Positions 51,186 through 60,462 of a stretch of 64,000 bases of DNA are shown piece by piece. The stretch covers positions 160,001 to 224,000 of the forward strand of contig JAOPTW010000015.1 in the NCBI GenBank assembly GCA_051532035.1, written 5' to 3'. The position numbers and the translations under genes are program-made. Each line of letters starts with the position of its first letter. Positions within the stretch are counted from its first letter, which is position 1. The notes under the pieces were generated by a model. That model worked only from the letters and a program-made list of their open reading frames with translations, had not been told where the DNA came from and ran no database searches. Origin of the DNA: Fibrobacterales bacterium (lineage in GTDB: Bacteria; Fibrobacterota; Fibrobacteria; Fibrobacterales; JAOPTW01).

Positions 51186-52615
51186 CCGTTTTTTCCCTCA
51201 ATATCAAAAAGTTGACGAATATTACCCTTATAGAAGAGCATCATGGTGGCTCCATAGAGCGCCATAAGAAGTGACCCTTTAATAAGAATCGAGAGATGTA
51301 AATTTTGGGGCATTGGTAATGCAGAAATTATTACGTAGGTGAGCACCGCTGCAATCACTCCAGCCGAAACAACAGGGATCACCCCTTTATAACTAACCGC
51401 CAACGACATGTTATTGAGACGATGGACGAACCATGACCCGAGAACTAACAGGCCAACACCCATTACGAGAGAGTAACTGAGAGCAACACCATTAACCCCC
51501 CATTGAATACCAACAGAAAAGCCTATGGCCAGCGTTGTTGCCGAAAATATTCCCCATTTAAGAAACGCCTTACCCTGACCTTTAGCCGTAAGAATCCATC
51601 CAAGAGAGTTATACAAAGGTTGTGTCACACATGCAATAGCGAGGAGCCTGAGAATATCACCACTTGCCTCCCAGTTTGATCCATAGAGCAGAAGTACCGG
51701 GTCACTGGGGTAGAGAAAAAAGTAGGCTGTCACGGGAATACAGATAACACTCACCAAGCGGAGGGTACGACTATAGAGCTTTTGAAAGTTAACGGGGTTA
51801 TCCTGTTCTCTCGCCATTGCCGAGACCATGAGCCCATGAAGTCCGCCGGTAATCAGCATATTAGGCAAAAACATTAAAAAATATGCTTTTGCATAAAAAG
51901 CCAACGCCTCACTCCCAATGAACTTCCCTATGAGCACATTATCGAGATTGCGAGAAAAATAATTTACAAAACCAAACCCAAGAAGATTCCCTCCCAGAGA
52001 GAGCATTGGGCCAATAGGTGTTTTAAGTGAGTACCACCCTTTGGGCACACCCGACCAGAGAAACGATATTATCAGAGTGAAAGAACCTTTTGCGAGAGTC
52101 ATAATTGCAAGAGACCAATACCCATAACCGGACCATGCACAGCCCACTCCAACGGAACCACCAATAATGGCACCCGCAATATTTATTACCGCTATCTTTT
52201 TAAAGGCAAGAGTCCGCTTCATCCACATGGTTGCCGGGACCGTCATTCCCGTGAGGAGAAATATAAACCCCTCTAGACGCATAAGGTTAAGCAGCTCTGG
52301 GTTACCATAAAACGATGCTACAACCGGCGCCATCAGGATACACGCGACAGTGAGGAGTACCCCACCCAAGGTGTTTACCCAGAAGAGATTGACTACTTCT
52401 TTGTTTTTAATGAATTTATCACGAACAATAGACCAAACCAGCCCCCCATCAGCAAAGATGAGGAAAAAAGCACTGACTGTCTGTACTTGGTTATATACTC
52501 CATATTCACCCGGTAAAATTAACCGTGCAAGTATTGCCGTAAACACAAAGGAGAACCCAAAATTGAGCACTTGCGGAAGGATTGACCATGCGATGTTATT
52601 ATTTATACCACTCAT
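51182..52615 (-). CDS. wzx: Wzx-type repeat-unit flippase (WzxC-like)
   Basis: ILARL..P.EYG, GYGYWSL, N.D..LIGKF.G...L..Y..AY; many TM helices; directly after wzc. Confidence 0.88.
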   Translation of the reverse strand: MSGINNNIAWSILPQVLNFGFSFVFTAILARLILPGEYGVYNQVQTVSAFFLIFADGGLVWSIVRDKFIKNKEVVNLFWVNTLGGVLLTVACILMAPVVASFYGNPELLNLMRLEGFIFLLTGMTVPATMWMKRTLAFKKIAVINIAGAIIGGSVGVGCAWSGYGYWSLAIMTLAKGSFTLIISFLWSGVPKGWYSLKTPIGPMLSLGGNLLGFGFVNYFSRNLDNVLIGKFIGSEALAFYAKAYFLMFLPNMLITGGLHGLMVSAMAREQDNPVNFQKLYSRTLRLVSVICIPVTAYFFLYPSDPVLLLYGSNWEASGDILRLLAIACVTQPLYNSLGWILTAKGQGKAFLKWGIFSATTLAIGFSVGIQWGVNGVALSYSLVMGVGLLVLGSWFVHRLNNMSLAVSYKGVIPVVSAGVIAAVLTYVIISALPMPQNLHLSILIKGSLLMALYGATMMLFYKGNIRQLFDIEGKNG

Positions 52616-52638
52616 TATATTATTTAATCACCTGTAGT

Positions 52639-54960
52639 CTACAGCAGGAAATTATCTTCCTCATCTTTTGACGCGTCAGCAGTAACTACAGGCTTTGGCT
52701 TCATTTTTTTAGATTTCTTCTTCTTTTTCTTAGCATCAACTTCACCTGCACCATATTGGTAGAGTACATAGCCATTCTCATTTTTCATTTTACGGCCACT
52801 CTGTTTATAGTGAATATCATTCACCACCAAACCAGTTATTGCCACTCCTGCATGATCAAGTTGACGCTTAGCGGCCTCAATCTCTTTCATGGAGTGTTGT
52901 TCATGACGCACAAGGAAGATAGTCATATCAACCTGTTTACCAATAATACCTGCATCGGTTACTGCAAGTATTGGCGGCGCGTCAAAAATAACATAATCAT
53001 ATCTTGTTTTGACCTCAGAAAGAAACTTTTCGAAGCGACGATTCATTAAGAGTTCCGCTGGTTGGCGAGGAATTGCACCCGTTGGAATAAAAGAGAGACA
53101 CTCTTGTTCTGTTTGCTGGATAACGTCATCTATTGTTGCAGTGTCAGCAAGAACCTCTGCAAGCCCTCCATCACGTTCGCAACCGAAGCTTGCATGAAGG
53201 TGCCCTTTTCGCATATCCCCATCAACAAGAAGCACACTAAATCCCGACTGTGCAATACTCGCAGCCAAATTTGCTGTTACAAAGGATTTACCAATGCCAG
53301 GGCTTGGCCCTACGATCATCAACACTTTAGAGCTATCATCTGTACGGTTAAAATGAATATTGGTTCTGAGACTGCGGAGACTTTCAACAGCAATGTCATT
53401 CTCTCTTTGCACCACCAATAGCGGTACTCCATTCTGAAACACTGCACTCTCAACCTCATCTTGCTCATCACTATGAGGAATAAGGGCCAAATTTTTAATA
53501 CCAAGCTTTGCTTCAAGGTAATCGATATCATCAACACCTCTCCCCCAAAGCCGGCGCACTACTGCAATAGCAAGACCAAGGAAAATACCCATTACAATCT
53601 TGACCACAACCATCTTCATTCTCTGAGGCCCTTTGGGAGACTGGGCAGGAACTGCTACATCCACAATAGAGACATTACCCTTCTGGCCAGCCTTTACTAC
53701 TTGGAGCTGCTGAAATTTATTAAGCATTTCTATATAGAGCTTATTATTTATCTCAACATCTCTCTGCAACTTTTGCAGCGTTTGCTGTGCCCGTGGGATT
53801 TTTTTAGCACTGGTATTTGCATCGGCAAGCTGGCGCGTTAGCTCTGCATGCTTATCTTCAAGTGATTTGATCGTAGGGTGTGATTTTTTGTAATGCTGGA
53901 GTAACTCTTGAATCTCAACTTCGACCTTTTCAACATCACTCCGTAAGGCATCAATTCGCCCGAGGCGTAGTGAGGTTTCACGATCCAGATCAATTGAGTT
54001 AATCTTATATTTAAACCAGTTGAGCTTCTTTTCTGACTCTTCAACATTTGCACGGAGGGCAGGAAGCTGTTCATTTAAAAAGGTGAGGGTATTCCCCACT
54101 TCATCAGTCTGACGTTGAAAATTGTGCACCATGTAGAGGCGAACAATCTCATTGAGTACACGAGCTGCATTTAAAGGATCTGCATCTTGATAACTTACCG
54201 TCAACACCCCTTTTGAGCTCTCCCATGTCCGAATCTTTGAATGGATGCCACCCGCTAAAGACGAAGGCGAATGTCGAATGAGGAAAAACTTTGTTTTAGG
54301 CCGCGCATTAAAAGTAGAAATTGTTAATGAGATAGCATTTGCAGAGTAAGTGATAGTGAGTGGCTCACCCACTTTACCTTGTCCAATTATTTTGCCGTGA
54401 GGTGTTTTAAGAAAGAACTGATCATTTTTCTTTTTTTCTAATATAAACGCAACACCTCTTAATTCTTTTGGAATACTAAAAGAGTCTACTACGACTCGTT
54501 CCCCACCCCAAGCATACTCTTCAAGCCCAAAGAGCGGCTCTTCAACCTCACGCTGATACTTTTTTCTCCGCGCTATAGGTTCACCGATAACGGGGTAGTA
54601 ATTAGGAATCACCCGAAGATCTAGACCAAGGTTTTCAACGGTTTGACTAATAACTGATCTTGATTTAAGCAGTTCTATTTCAACTGCAATTTGTGACTCG
54701 CTAAATATATCACCGCCAAAATCATCGACAACCTGTTGCACACCCTTCTCTTTTGCTCCAAAGAGAATCTTTGCATCAACTTCGTAATAAGGAACCGCCC
54801 GCCAAGCAGTAAAGGTCCCCCAGGCACCAAAAACAACCGCAAATAAAAGAATAATCTTCCATCCTGATAGGAGAAGGTTTATAATATCCTGCAGTTGCAG
54901 TTCACGCTTATAAGGCTCTGTTCCCTGTGTCTCTTGTTTCATTTCATTCATTGTTCTCAC
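52639..54960 (-). CDS. wzc: Polysaccharide co-polymerase tyrosine autokinase
   Basis: EIELLKSR, GNVSIVD.A, ESLRSLRT, Walker A GPSPGIGKS, VLLVDGDMRKG, FDAPPILAVTDA, C-terminal Tyr residues. Confidence 0.95.
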   Translation of the reverse strand: MRTMNEMKQETQGTEPYKRELQLQDIINLLLSGWKIILLFAVVFGAWGTFTAWRAVPYYEVDAKILFGAKEKGVQQVVDDFGGDIFSESQIAVEIELLKSRSVISQTVENLGLDLRVIPNYYPVIGEPIARRKKYQREVEEPLFGLEEYAWGGERVVVDSFSIPKELRGVAFILEKKKNDQFFLKTPHGKIIGQGKVGEPLTITYSANAISLTISTFNARPKTKFFLIRHSPSSLAGGIHSKIRTWESSKGVLTVSYQDADPLNAARVLNEIVRLYMVHNFQRQTDEVGNTLTFLNEQLPALRANVEESEKKLNWFKYKINSIDLDRETSLRLGRIDALRSDVEKVEVEIQELLQHYKKSHPTIKSLEDKHAELTRQLADANTSAKKIPRAQQTLQKLQRDVEINNKLYIEMLNKFQQLQVVKAGQKGNVSIVDVAVPAQSPKGPQRMKMVVVKIVMGIFLGLAIAVVRRLWGRGVDDIDYLEAKLGIKNLALIPHSDEQDEVESAVFQNGVPLLVVQRENDIAVESLRSLRTNIHFNRTDDSSKVLMIVGPSPGIGKSFVTANLAASIAQSGFSVLLVDGDMRKGHLHASFGCERDGGLAEVLADTATIDDVIQQTEQECLSFIPTGAIPRQPAELLMNRRFEKFLSEVKTRYDYVIFDAPPILAVTDAGIIGKQVDMTIFLVRHEQHSMKEIEAAKRQLDHAGVAITGLVVNDIHYKQSGRKMKNENGYVLYQYGAGEVDAKKKKKKSKKMKPKPVVTADASKDEEDNFLL

Positions 54961-55418
54961 CCCTTTACAAACTTATTGAGTCGAGGTTTCCATTGAGCAA
55001 GACAACGCTCAACTTTAACAAATGCGGTATCAAAATCCTCTATGGCCTTACCATAGGGGTCTTCAACATCACCCTCTCCCCACTCACCAATCGAGTAGAC
55101 TCTCCCTTTTGCAAAAGGGTACATCTTCTCGATGGTTGTTACATCTTTCTCTGTCATGGCAAAAATCAGGTCGCTCTGTTGTGCCATTTCTTCGGTTATT
55201 TGACGCGCTTTATGTCCCTCGAGTGAGAGTCCATTTTTTTGCGCCAGTATTCTCGTAAATTCATGTGCCTGTTCTCCCACAAGAGCAGCAATGCCCGCCG
55301 ACTCCACATGAAAGCTATTTTGCATCATTGTTTTTAACAGCAGTGCTGCCATGGGGCTTCTACAGATATTACCAATACAGGTTACCAGTAGAGTCCCTTT
55401 CTCTTGTGTGTCAGCCAT
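54957..55418 (-). CDS. wzb: Low-molecular-weight protein tyrosine phosphatase
   Basis: CIGNICRSPMA, SAG, DPY. Confidence 0.95.
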   Translation of the reverse strand: MADTQEKGTLLVTCIGNICRSPMAALLLKTMMQNSFHVESAGIAALVGEQAHEFTRILAQKNGLSLEGHKARQITEEMAQQSDLIFAMTEKDVTTIEKMYPFAKGRVYSIGEWGEGDVEDPYGKAIEDFDTAFVKVERCLAQWKPRLNKFVKG

Positions 55419-56578
55419 TATTTAGTCTCATTATCAATTGCATTGCGCAGTAAAAAGAGATTTTCATTTACATTCTGACCAAAAGACGTTCCCGTACTAA
55501 TAAATGCTGCGGTCGGTAATAACAAGCTGATTACACTGTTCCACTGTACTAAGCCATGAGTATCGACATAGACAATATCGCGAGGTTTTAATTTAAAACT
55601 TTCACCCATAACCAAAGCAATAGGGCTCTGAGCATTAAGATGGTACATATCGATTTTACCCGCACCCACTGACCGAATCACATAAACCGATTCTGTATTT
55701 GCTTTTTCTTGATTGATACCGCCTTGCATGAGCGCCTGAGAAAGTGAAAGGCTCCCATGATAGAGTGGAATTGCTGACTGGCTATTAACCGCCCCCAGTA
55801 CGTAGACTTTATTCTCTTCACTCGACATAACATTAATTTTATCACCGTTTTTCAGGTACAGTTTTTCTAAAGGCATGCCACTGCGATACATCTCCATAAT
55901 ATTAATGTGATACATCTTACCGTCACGATTGAGGTACACATTACTCCCGTCAGCATCTTTTTTGACACCACCTACAGCAGTAATAGCATCAGGTATAGAG
56001 AGAGGCGTATCAGTTAATTGCACTGCCCCAGGGTTCTTTATCGCTCCCCCCACATAGACCTTTTGACTACGATATTGTAGTACTTTCACTTCGACTTGTG
56101 GGTCTTGTAATAGATGACTCAGTTTTTTGGTAATCAGCGTGCGTAGTTCCGGTACGGTAAGACCCGCAGCTTTTATATCACCAGCGTAAGGATAATACAT
56201 AGTACCCCGCTCAGTAATCACCTGCCCTGTTGGATTATCGCTGAGTCCCATTCCCATTGCCTGAGACCGACCAGGTTGATCCCACACAATAACTTGTACT
56301 GCATCGTACCGACCGAGCACATATTCTGGAGTGTATTGATTAAACAGTTGTTTTGGTGGAGCAGCACTCGAAAGCTTTGTAAGCTCTGGATATTTATCAA
56401 AAAGCTGTGGACCAATAATTTTGAGGCTCACCACATGACCGTCAACTTCATGCTCTTCTTCAAGTTCATCTTCATCTGGAGAAACGTCCATCTTCATTCC
56501 AGGAGACCAGGCACACCCAACTAAAAAAAGTGTGATAAATGTAAATAGTAGAGTTGTTAATCGTATCATAAAAATCAA
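55418..56578 (-). CDS. wza: Polysaccharide export outer-membrane lipoprotein
   Basis: Lipobox LVGC, Y.LG..D...V.VWD, G..YYPYAG...AAGLT, PQV.V, L.PRDIVYV. Confidence 0.92.
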   Translation of the reverse strand: MIFMIRLTTLLFTFITLFLVGCAWSPGMKMDVSPDEDELEEEHEVDGHVVSLKIIGPQLFDKYPELTKLSSAAPPKQLFNQYTPEYVLGRYDAVQVIVWDQPGRSQAMGMGLSDNPTGQVITERGTMYYPYAGDIKAAGLTVPELRTLITKKLSHLLQDPQVEVKVLQYRSQKVYVGGAIKNPGAVQLTDTPLSIPDAITAVGGVKKDADGSNVYLNRDGKMYHINIMEMYRSGMPLEKLYLKNGDKINVMSSEENKVYVLGAVNSQSAIPLYHGSLSLSQALMQGGINQEKANTESVYVIRSVGAGKIDMYHLNAQSPIALVMGESFKLKPRDIVYVDTHGLVQWNSVISLLLPTAAFISTGTSFGQNVNENLFLLRNAIDNETK

Positions 56579-56606
56579 TTGATTCCCGTAAGCTAAAACA
56601 GGTACG

Positions 56607-56614
56607 CAAAGATA
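56607..56614 (-). promoter_or_regulatory. TAnnTTTG promoter-like element upstream of wza
   Basis: TATCTTTG on the minus strand; the same motif precedes six other gene starts. Confidence 0.45.
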
Positions 56615-56815
56615 GCAAAATTTGCGCTAACTGCTTTTAAAATAAGAGTTTACAAAGGGGTTTAATTATTGAATTCCCTCCCCCTAATTTTTAGAATTTT
56701 GAGCCAAATACCCCATTCACAGGCCTTATGCATCTCTTTCGGAGCAATTATGAGCTATAGCTTGTAAAAGATCATTTTTCAAAGTTGTTATAGGGGCTCA
56801 TTTCGTTACAGAGGT

Positions 56816-57772
56816 TTACATTGTTGACTTAAAATAGTGAGATATTCTCTCTTCATGAAAGTAGCGGGAATCATCTACTTTGGTGAAAAAGCCTACATGT
56901 CCCCCTTTTTCTGTGAGAATCATTGTTCCTGTTGGGTGGTTTTCGAGCTCATTTATAGGAAAACAGTCGGCATCGAGAAAGGGATCATCAAGGGACGCCA
57001 TCACAAGAAAGGGCGTTTTGATGTCGGTGATGCGAGAGATTGCAGAGGCACTCTCATAGTAATCGTTATACGATGTATAGCCACCATGAGGTGCAGTATA
57101 AATATCATCATAGTCTTGTAATGTTTTAATTATTTTAAAGCGCGCTCTAGGATTCAGCGCAGGAAACCGCTTCGCTTTACTGGATACCTTTGTATAAAAA
57201 TCTTTGAGAAATCTCCACCGATAGATTCTATTATACCACGCATTGAGTTTACGGGCACAGCTCTCCAAGTTCATTGGAACCGACACCACCGCAGATTTTT
57301 TTATTTCGGGATACTTATGAGAAAGTGAATCTGCAAGAAAATTAAGGAGAAGATTACCCCCCAAACTAAATCCAACAAAATAGATTTCACTATACTGACC
57401 TAATTTTTGCACATAAGAAGTTATCGCATCGAGGTCTTCTATGAGCCCCGCGTTATAAAATTTTTCAAGTCGATTTTCTCCACCACACCCCCGCATATTC
57501 ATTGCAAAGATATCCATACCATCACGGCGCAGCTGTTGCCCCATACCGCGCATATAGATGCGATCAGAGTGTCCCTCCATGCCATGAATAAGTATTACTG
57601 CCCGGCTATTGCCTGCACATACCGTATCCAAATAAAGAAGATCGCCATCGTTGGTTTCCACTTCTACACGCTGGTAGGGGAGCGGCGCGACCTTTCTAAA
57701 AAGCGTCGGAAAGATAGTTTGTACATGCCGATTACGAAAGAGTATATTTGGCAAAAAAGATTCTGTAGTCAT
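56816..57772 (-). CDS. YheT-family alpha/beta hydrolase
   Basis: N.HVQTI, HGMEG.S...Y, N.RGC, GFSLGGN, DDPF, GGHVGF. Confidence 0.9.
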   Translation of the reverse strand: MTTESFLPNILFRNRHVQTIFPTLFRKVAPLPYQRVEVETNDGDLLYLDTVCAGNSRAVILIHGMEGHSDRIYMRGMGQQLRRDGMDIFAMNMRGCGGENRLEKFYNAGLIEDLDAITSYVQKLGQYSEIYFVGFSLGGNLLLNFLADSLSHKYPEIKKSAVVSVPMNLESCARKLNAWYNRIYRWRFLKDFYTKVSSKAKRFPALNPRARFKIIKTLQDYDDIYTAPHGGYTSYNDYYESASAISRITDIKTPFLVMASLDDPFLDADCFPINELENHPTGTMILTEKGGHVGFFTKVDDSRYFHEERISHYFKSTM

Positions 57773-57822
57773 AGGCTTTTTTATCTAAATGTACCTTATC
57801 TTACCCCGTCGGCACGATTGTT

Positions 57823-57858
57823 TTAGAGGGGAGTAGTAAAATTACTCCTCCCCTCTAA
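57823..57858. terminator. Stem-loop downstream of the large lipoprotein gene
   Basis: TTAGAGGGGAG-T-AGTAA-AA-TTACT-C-CTCCCCTCTAA. Confidence 0.55.
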
Positions 57859-57864
57859 CGCATA

Positions 57865-60261
57865 TTATGGCTTTTCATATCGTATGTTATCGACAAATAC
57901 TGTAGCGGTATCACTGTATTGCATATAGAACGGCACTTTAATATTGCCAAAATCCACATGTTTAAAAACCGTTAATGGAATCGAGATACTTTTCCAATCA
58001 TCTTTTTCTGACACAACATAATCAAGGACATCAGCCACCACATCTCCAGGATTCCCATTGAGGTCTTTCACGAGGTCGGAGTCTCGGGAGCTCACTTTTA
58101 CTTCAATGTGATGGGTCGTTTTAATATCAAATTTAAGATTCTGCTTAGACCACGGACGAAGATCCCGACGGAGCGCCTGTGTAGAATCAGTCGGTTTGGG
58201 GTAGTAGAAAAAGACACTCCCTGGTTCCTTGGATGTTTCTTTGAAAACTGCATAGAGACAATAACTCCCCTCACTACAGTGCTCACCATCATCATTATAT
58301 ATTTCGGGACCATGAGAATAGGTCGTATCGGGATAGCCCACAAAAGGCCATGCACCAATGGCTCCCCCACCAAGCATCTGATTTTTACCTTGGAACATCA
58401 CAGAATCTTGATCACTCAACCGTACTGAGTCGGTGATATTTTTATTCCTTGACACAAAGTCTTTATAATCTCGCAGTACACTATACGGATAATCAGTATC
58501 CTCAAAACCTTGATGCTTGGTCTCTACTTCATGAATCAGTGACACAGCAGGAACCGCATCATCAGTGCGATTCACCTTCAAAGCATAATAGTACCGGGTG
58601 TCGTGAGTAAACCCCGGTATAAAGCTACTGGTATGATCTACATTGGTTTCAACCTTTAGTGGATTGCCAAGAAACACATCTTTCTTTTGTGATGCCCCAT
58701 AAATTTCATAGGACTTAAAGCTGGCACCTAATGCTCGCGCCCAATTAAACCAGAGCGTATCAACACCAATAGTATCCACATCAATAGCAGCATACGCCAC
58801 TGTAATAGAATCAAAGCCATAGAGCGAATCATCATCCATAACCCGAACCACTGCCCGTACCGTATTTGCCGTGAGCACCTCTTTTTGAGGGCCCACACCA
58901 AGCTCATACTCCGTATGATCATCTAAGGCATTATAGTCCCATTCAACTTTTTCAATAGTTCCAAACCGATTCATTACACTGTAATTAAAAGTAAAGAGCG
59001 CATCTTCACTAATAGTCGTATCATTACCTATCATCTGTACGACCGGTGCATCAGTATACACATTGATTGCATGGGCGGCCTCAGCGCTATTTCCATCTGC
59101 ATCAACAACCTTGCTCTGTACTACTACAACGCCCTCGAATGCACCAACATCTACTGTATGGACTGCAGTTCCGAGCACATAGACCCCGTCTACTCCTCTC
59201 CAAAAGTATGACAATGGACCATCACTCCCCACAGTATCTTTTGCCGATGCAGCCACCTGAACTAAATCATTTATAGAAACCTCGCTACTCCCCTGCAGCC
59301 CTACAAAGGGAAGACCATTTTGAAGAGGGAGATTATCAATAGTGACTAACGAATCAGTACCTCTAAAAGTACCGCTCCAATATCCACTTACATGAGACGC
59401 AGTGTCGTACACATTTATCTCCAGAGTATATACCGTATCAAAGAAAGGCATGGTAAACTCTCCAAAAAAACCAGGAAGTGTCAGGAGTGTATTTAGAGCA
59501 ACGGAATCCCCACGAGCACTCGTTACTATCGCCTCTATCTGAGCAACGGCAGCAATATCTCCTATGGAACTTCCTCGGATGCGCATCGACGGATTTACGG
59601 GCTGTGGTGTAGCCAACTTAACGGGCTCAGGAACGGGTTTCACTACGACTATGAGCGTATCGTAGACAACATGACACCCATCCATCACGCGTGCAACAAC
59701 CTGTTTAACGCCCACTGTAGTATAGTGATATGCCTCACCTGATACCTGCGCAAAAGGGAGCTCCAGTTCATACTGCATTTCTATCTGATAGCTGGGATCG
59801 TCATCTAACACAGAAAAAGTAGGAAAAAATCGATCACCCACAATAACCACGGTATCGCCCACGATAGTAATAGAAGGGATTCCATTTACATACCCCGTAT
59901 CATGAACCTCTACAAGGGTATCAGTCAGGTCTGCAATGAGTATTCCGGCTCTTATGAGTTGTGCAGTGAGCATCACAGTATCGACTCCACTCAATGAATC
60001 TATGGTATAGCCTGATCCAATTTCTTCATTGAGTATCAGAGAAATTTGAGTATCTCTCGCCGTAGTGTGTAGCGCAATAGAGAGTGAATCTCCAATGTGC
60101 GCATGAGTATCTAACGCAATATGGTAACTTTGATACTCCGAAAGGTCGAGTGGTTCTTCTTCTGATTTATGTGATGTAGTCGATGCGTTATCGCACCCCA
60201 CTATGAGTGAAAAAACTACTAACAATCCGTAAAGCACCGTGTTATGTATGCAAAATACCAT
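57865..60261 (-). CDS. Large lipoprotein with Ig/PKD-like repeats and a C-terminal carbohydrate-binding-like domain
   Basis: Lipobox LIVGC; beta-rich repeats; C-terminal domain shared with 60463..61971; ATG at 60261 with GGGGGAG SD (ORF track start 60285). Confidence 0.65.
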   Translation of the reverse strand: MVFCIHNTVLYGLLVVFSLIVGCDNASTTSHKSEEEPLDLSEYQSYHIALDTHAHIGDSLSIALHTTARDTQISLILNEEIGSGYTIDSLSGVDTVMLTAQLIRAGILIADLTDTLVEVHDTGYVNGIPSITIVGDTVVIVGDRFFPTFSVLDDDPSYQIEMQYELELPFAQVSGEAYHYTTVGVKQVVARVMDGCHVVYDTLIVVVKPVPEPVKLATPQPVNPSMRIRGSSIGDIAAVAQIEAIVTSARGDSVALNTLLTLPGFFGEFTMPFFDTVYTLEINVYDTASHVSGYWSGTFRGTDSLVTIDNLPLQNGLPFVGLQGSSEVSINDLVQVAASAKDTVGSDGPLSYFWRGVDGVYVLGTAVHTVDVGAFEGVVVVQSKVVDADGNSAEAAHAINVYTDAPVVQMIGNDTTISEDALFTFNYSVMNRFGTIEKVEWDYNALDDHTEYELGVGPQKEVLTANTVRAVVRVMDDDSLYGFDSITVAYAAIDVDTIGVDTLWFNWARALGASFKSYEIYGASQKKDVFLGNPLKVETNVDHTSSFIPGFTHDTRYYYALKVNRTDDAVPAVSLIHEVETKHQGFEDTDYPYSVLRDYKDFVSRNKNITDSVRLSDQDSVMFQGKNQMLGGGAIGAWPFVGYPDTTYSHGPEIYNDDGEHCSEGSYCLYAVFKETSKEPGSVFFYYPKPTDSTQALRRDLRPWSKQNLKFDIKTTHHIEVKVSSRDSDLVKDLNGNPGDVVADVLDYVVSEKDDWKSISIPLTVFKHVDFGNIKVPFYMQYSDTATVFVDNIRYEKP

Positions 60262-60392
60262 TACTCCCCCAAGCTTGTGTATCAATGTGTTGGGGTAAAA
60301 ATAGGTTCCTGAAAAAATGGGTGTTTATTGTAACGCCATGTTTAACATTCAGGATTTAATGAAGGTTTATAAACTGTTCATGTTGTAGACAC

Positions 60393-60420
60393 AGAAAAGC
60401 CCGGTAATCCGGGCTTTTCT
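60393..60420 (-). terminator. Intrinsic terminator
   Basis: AGAAAAGCCCGG-TAAT-CCGGGCTTTTCT. Confidence 0.85.
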
Positions 60421-60462
60421 ATTATTGTTGACTCAAAATGAGGATTTAAAAGGTCTTTTTTG

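Noticed and set aside
56579..56815. JUMPStart/ops element upstream of wza
   Set aside because: No GGCGGTAG-like sequence found on the coding strand
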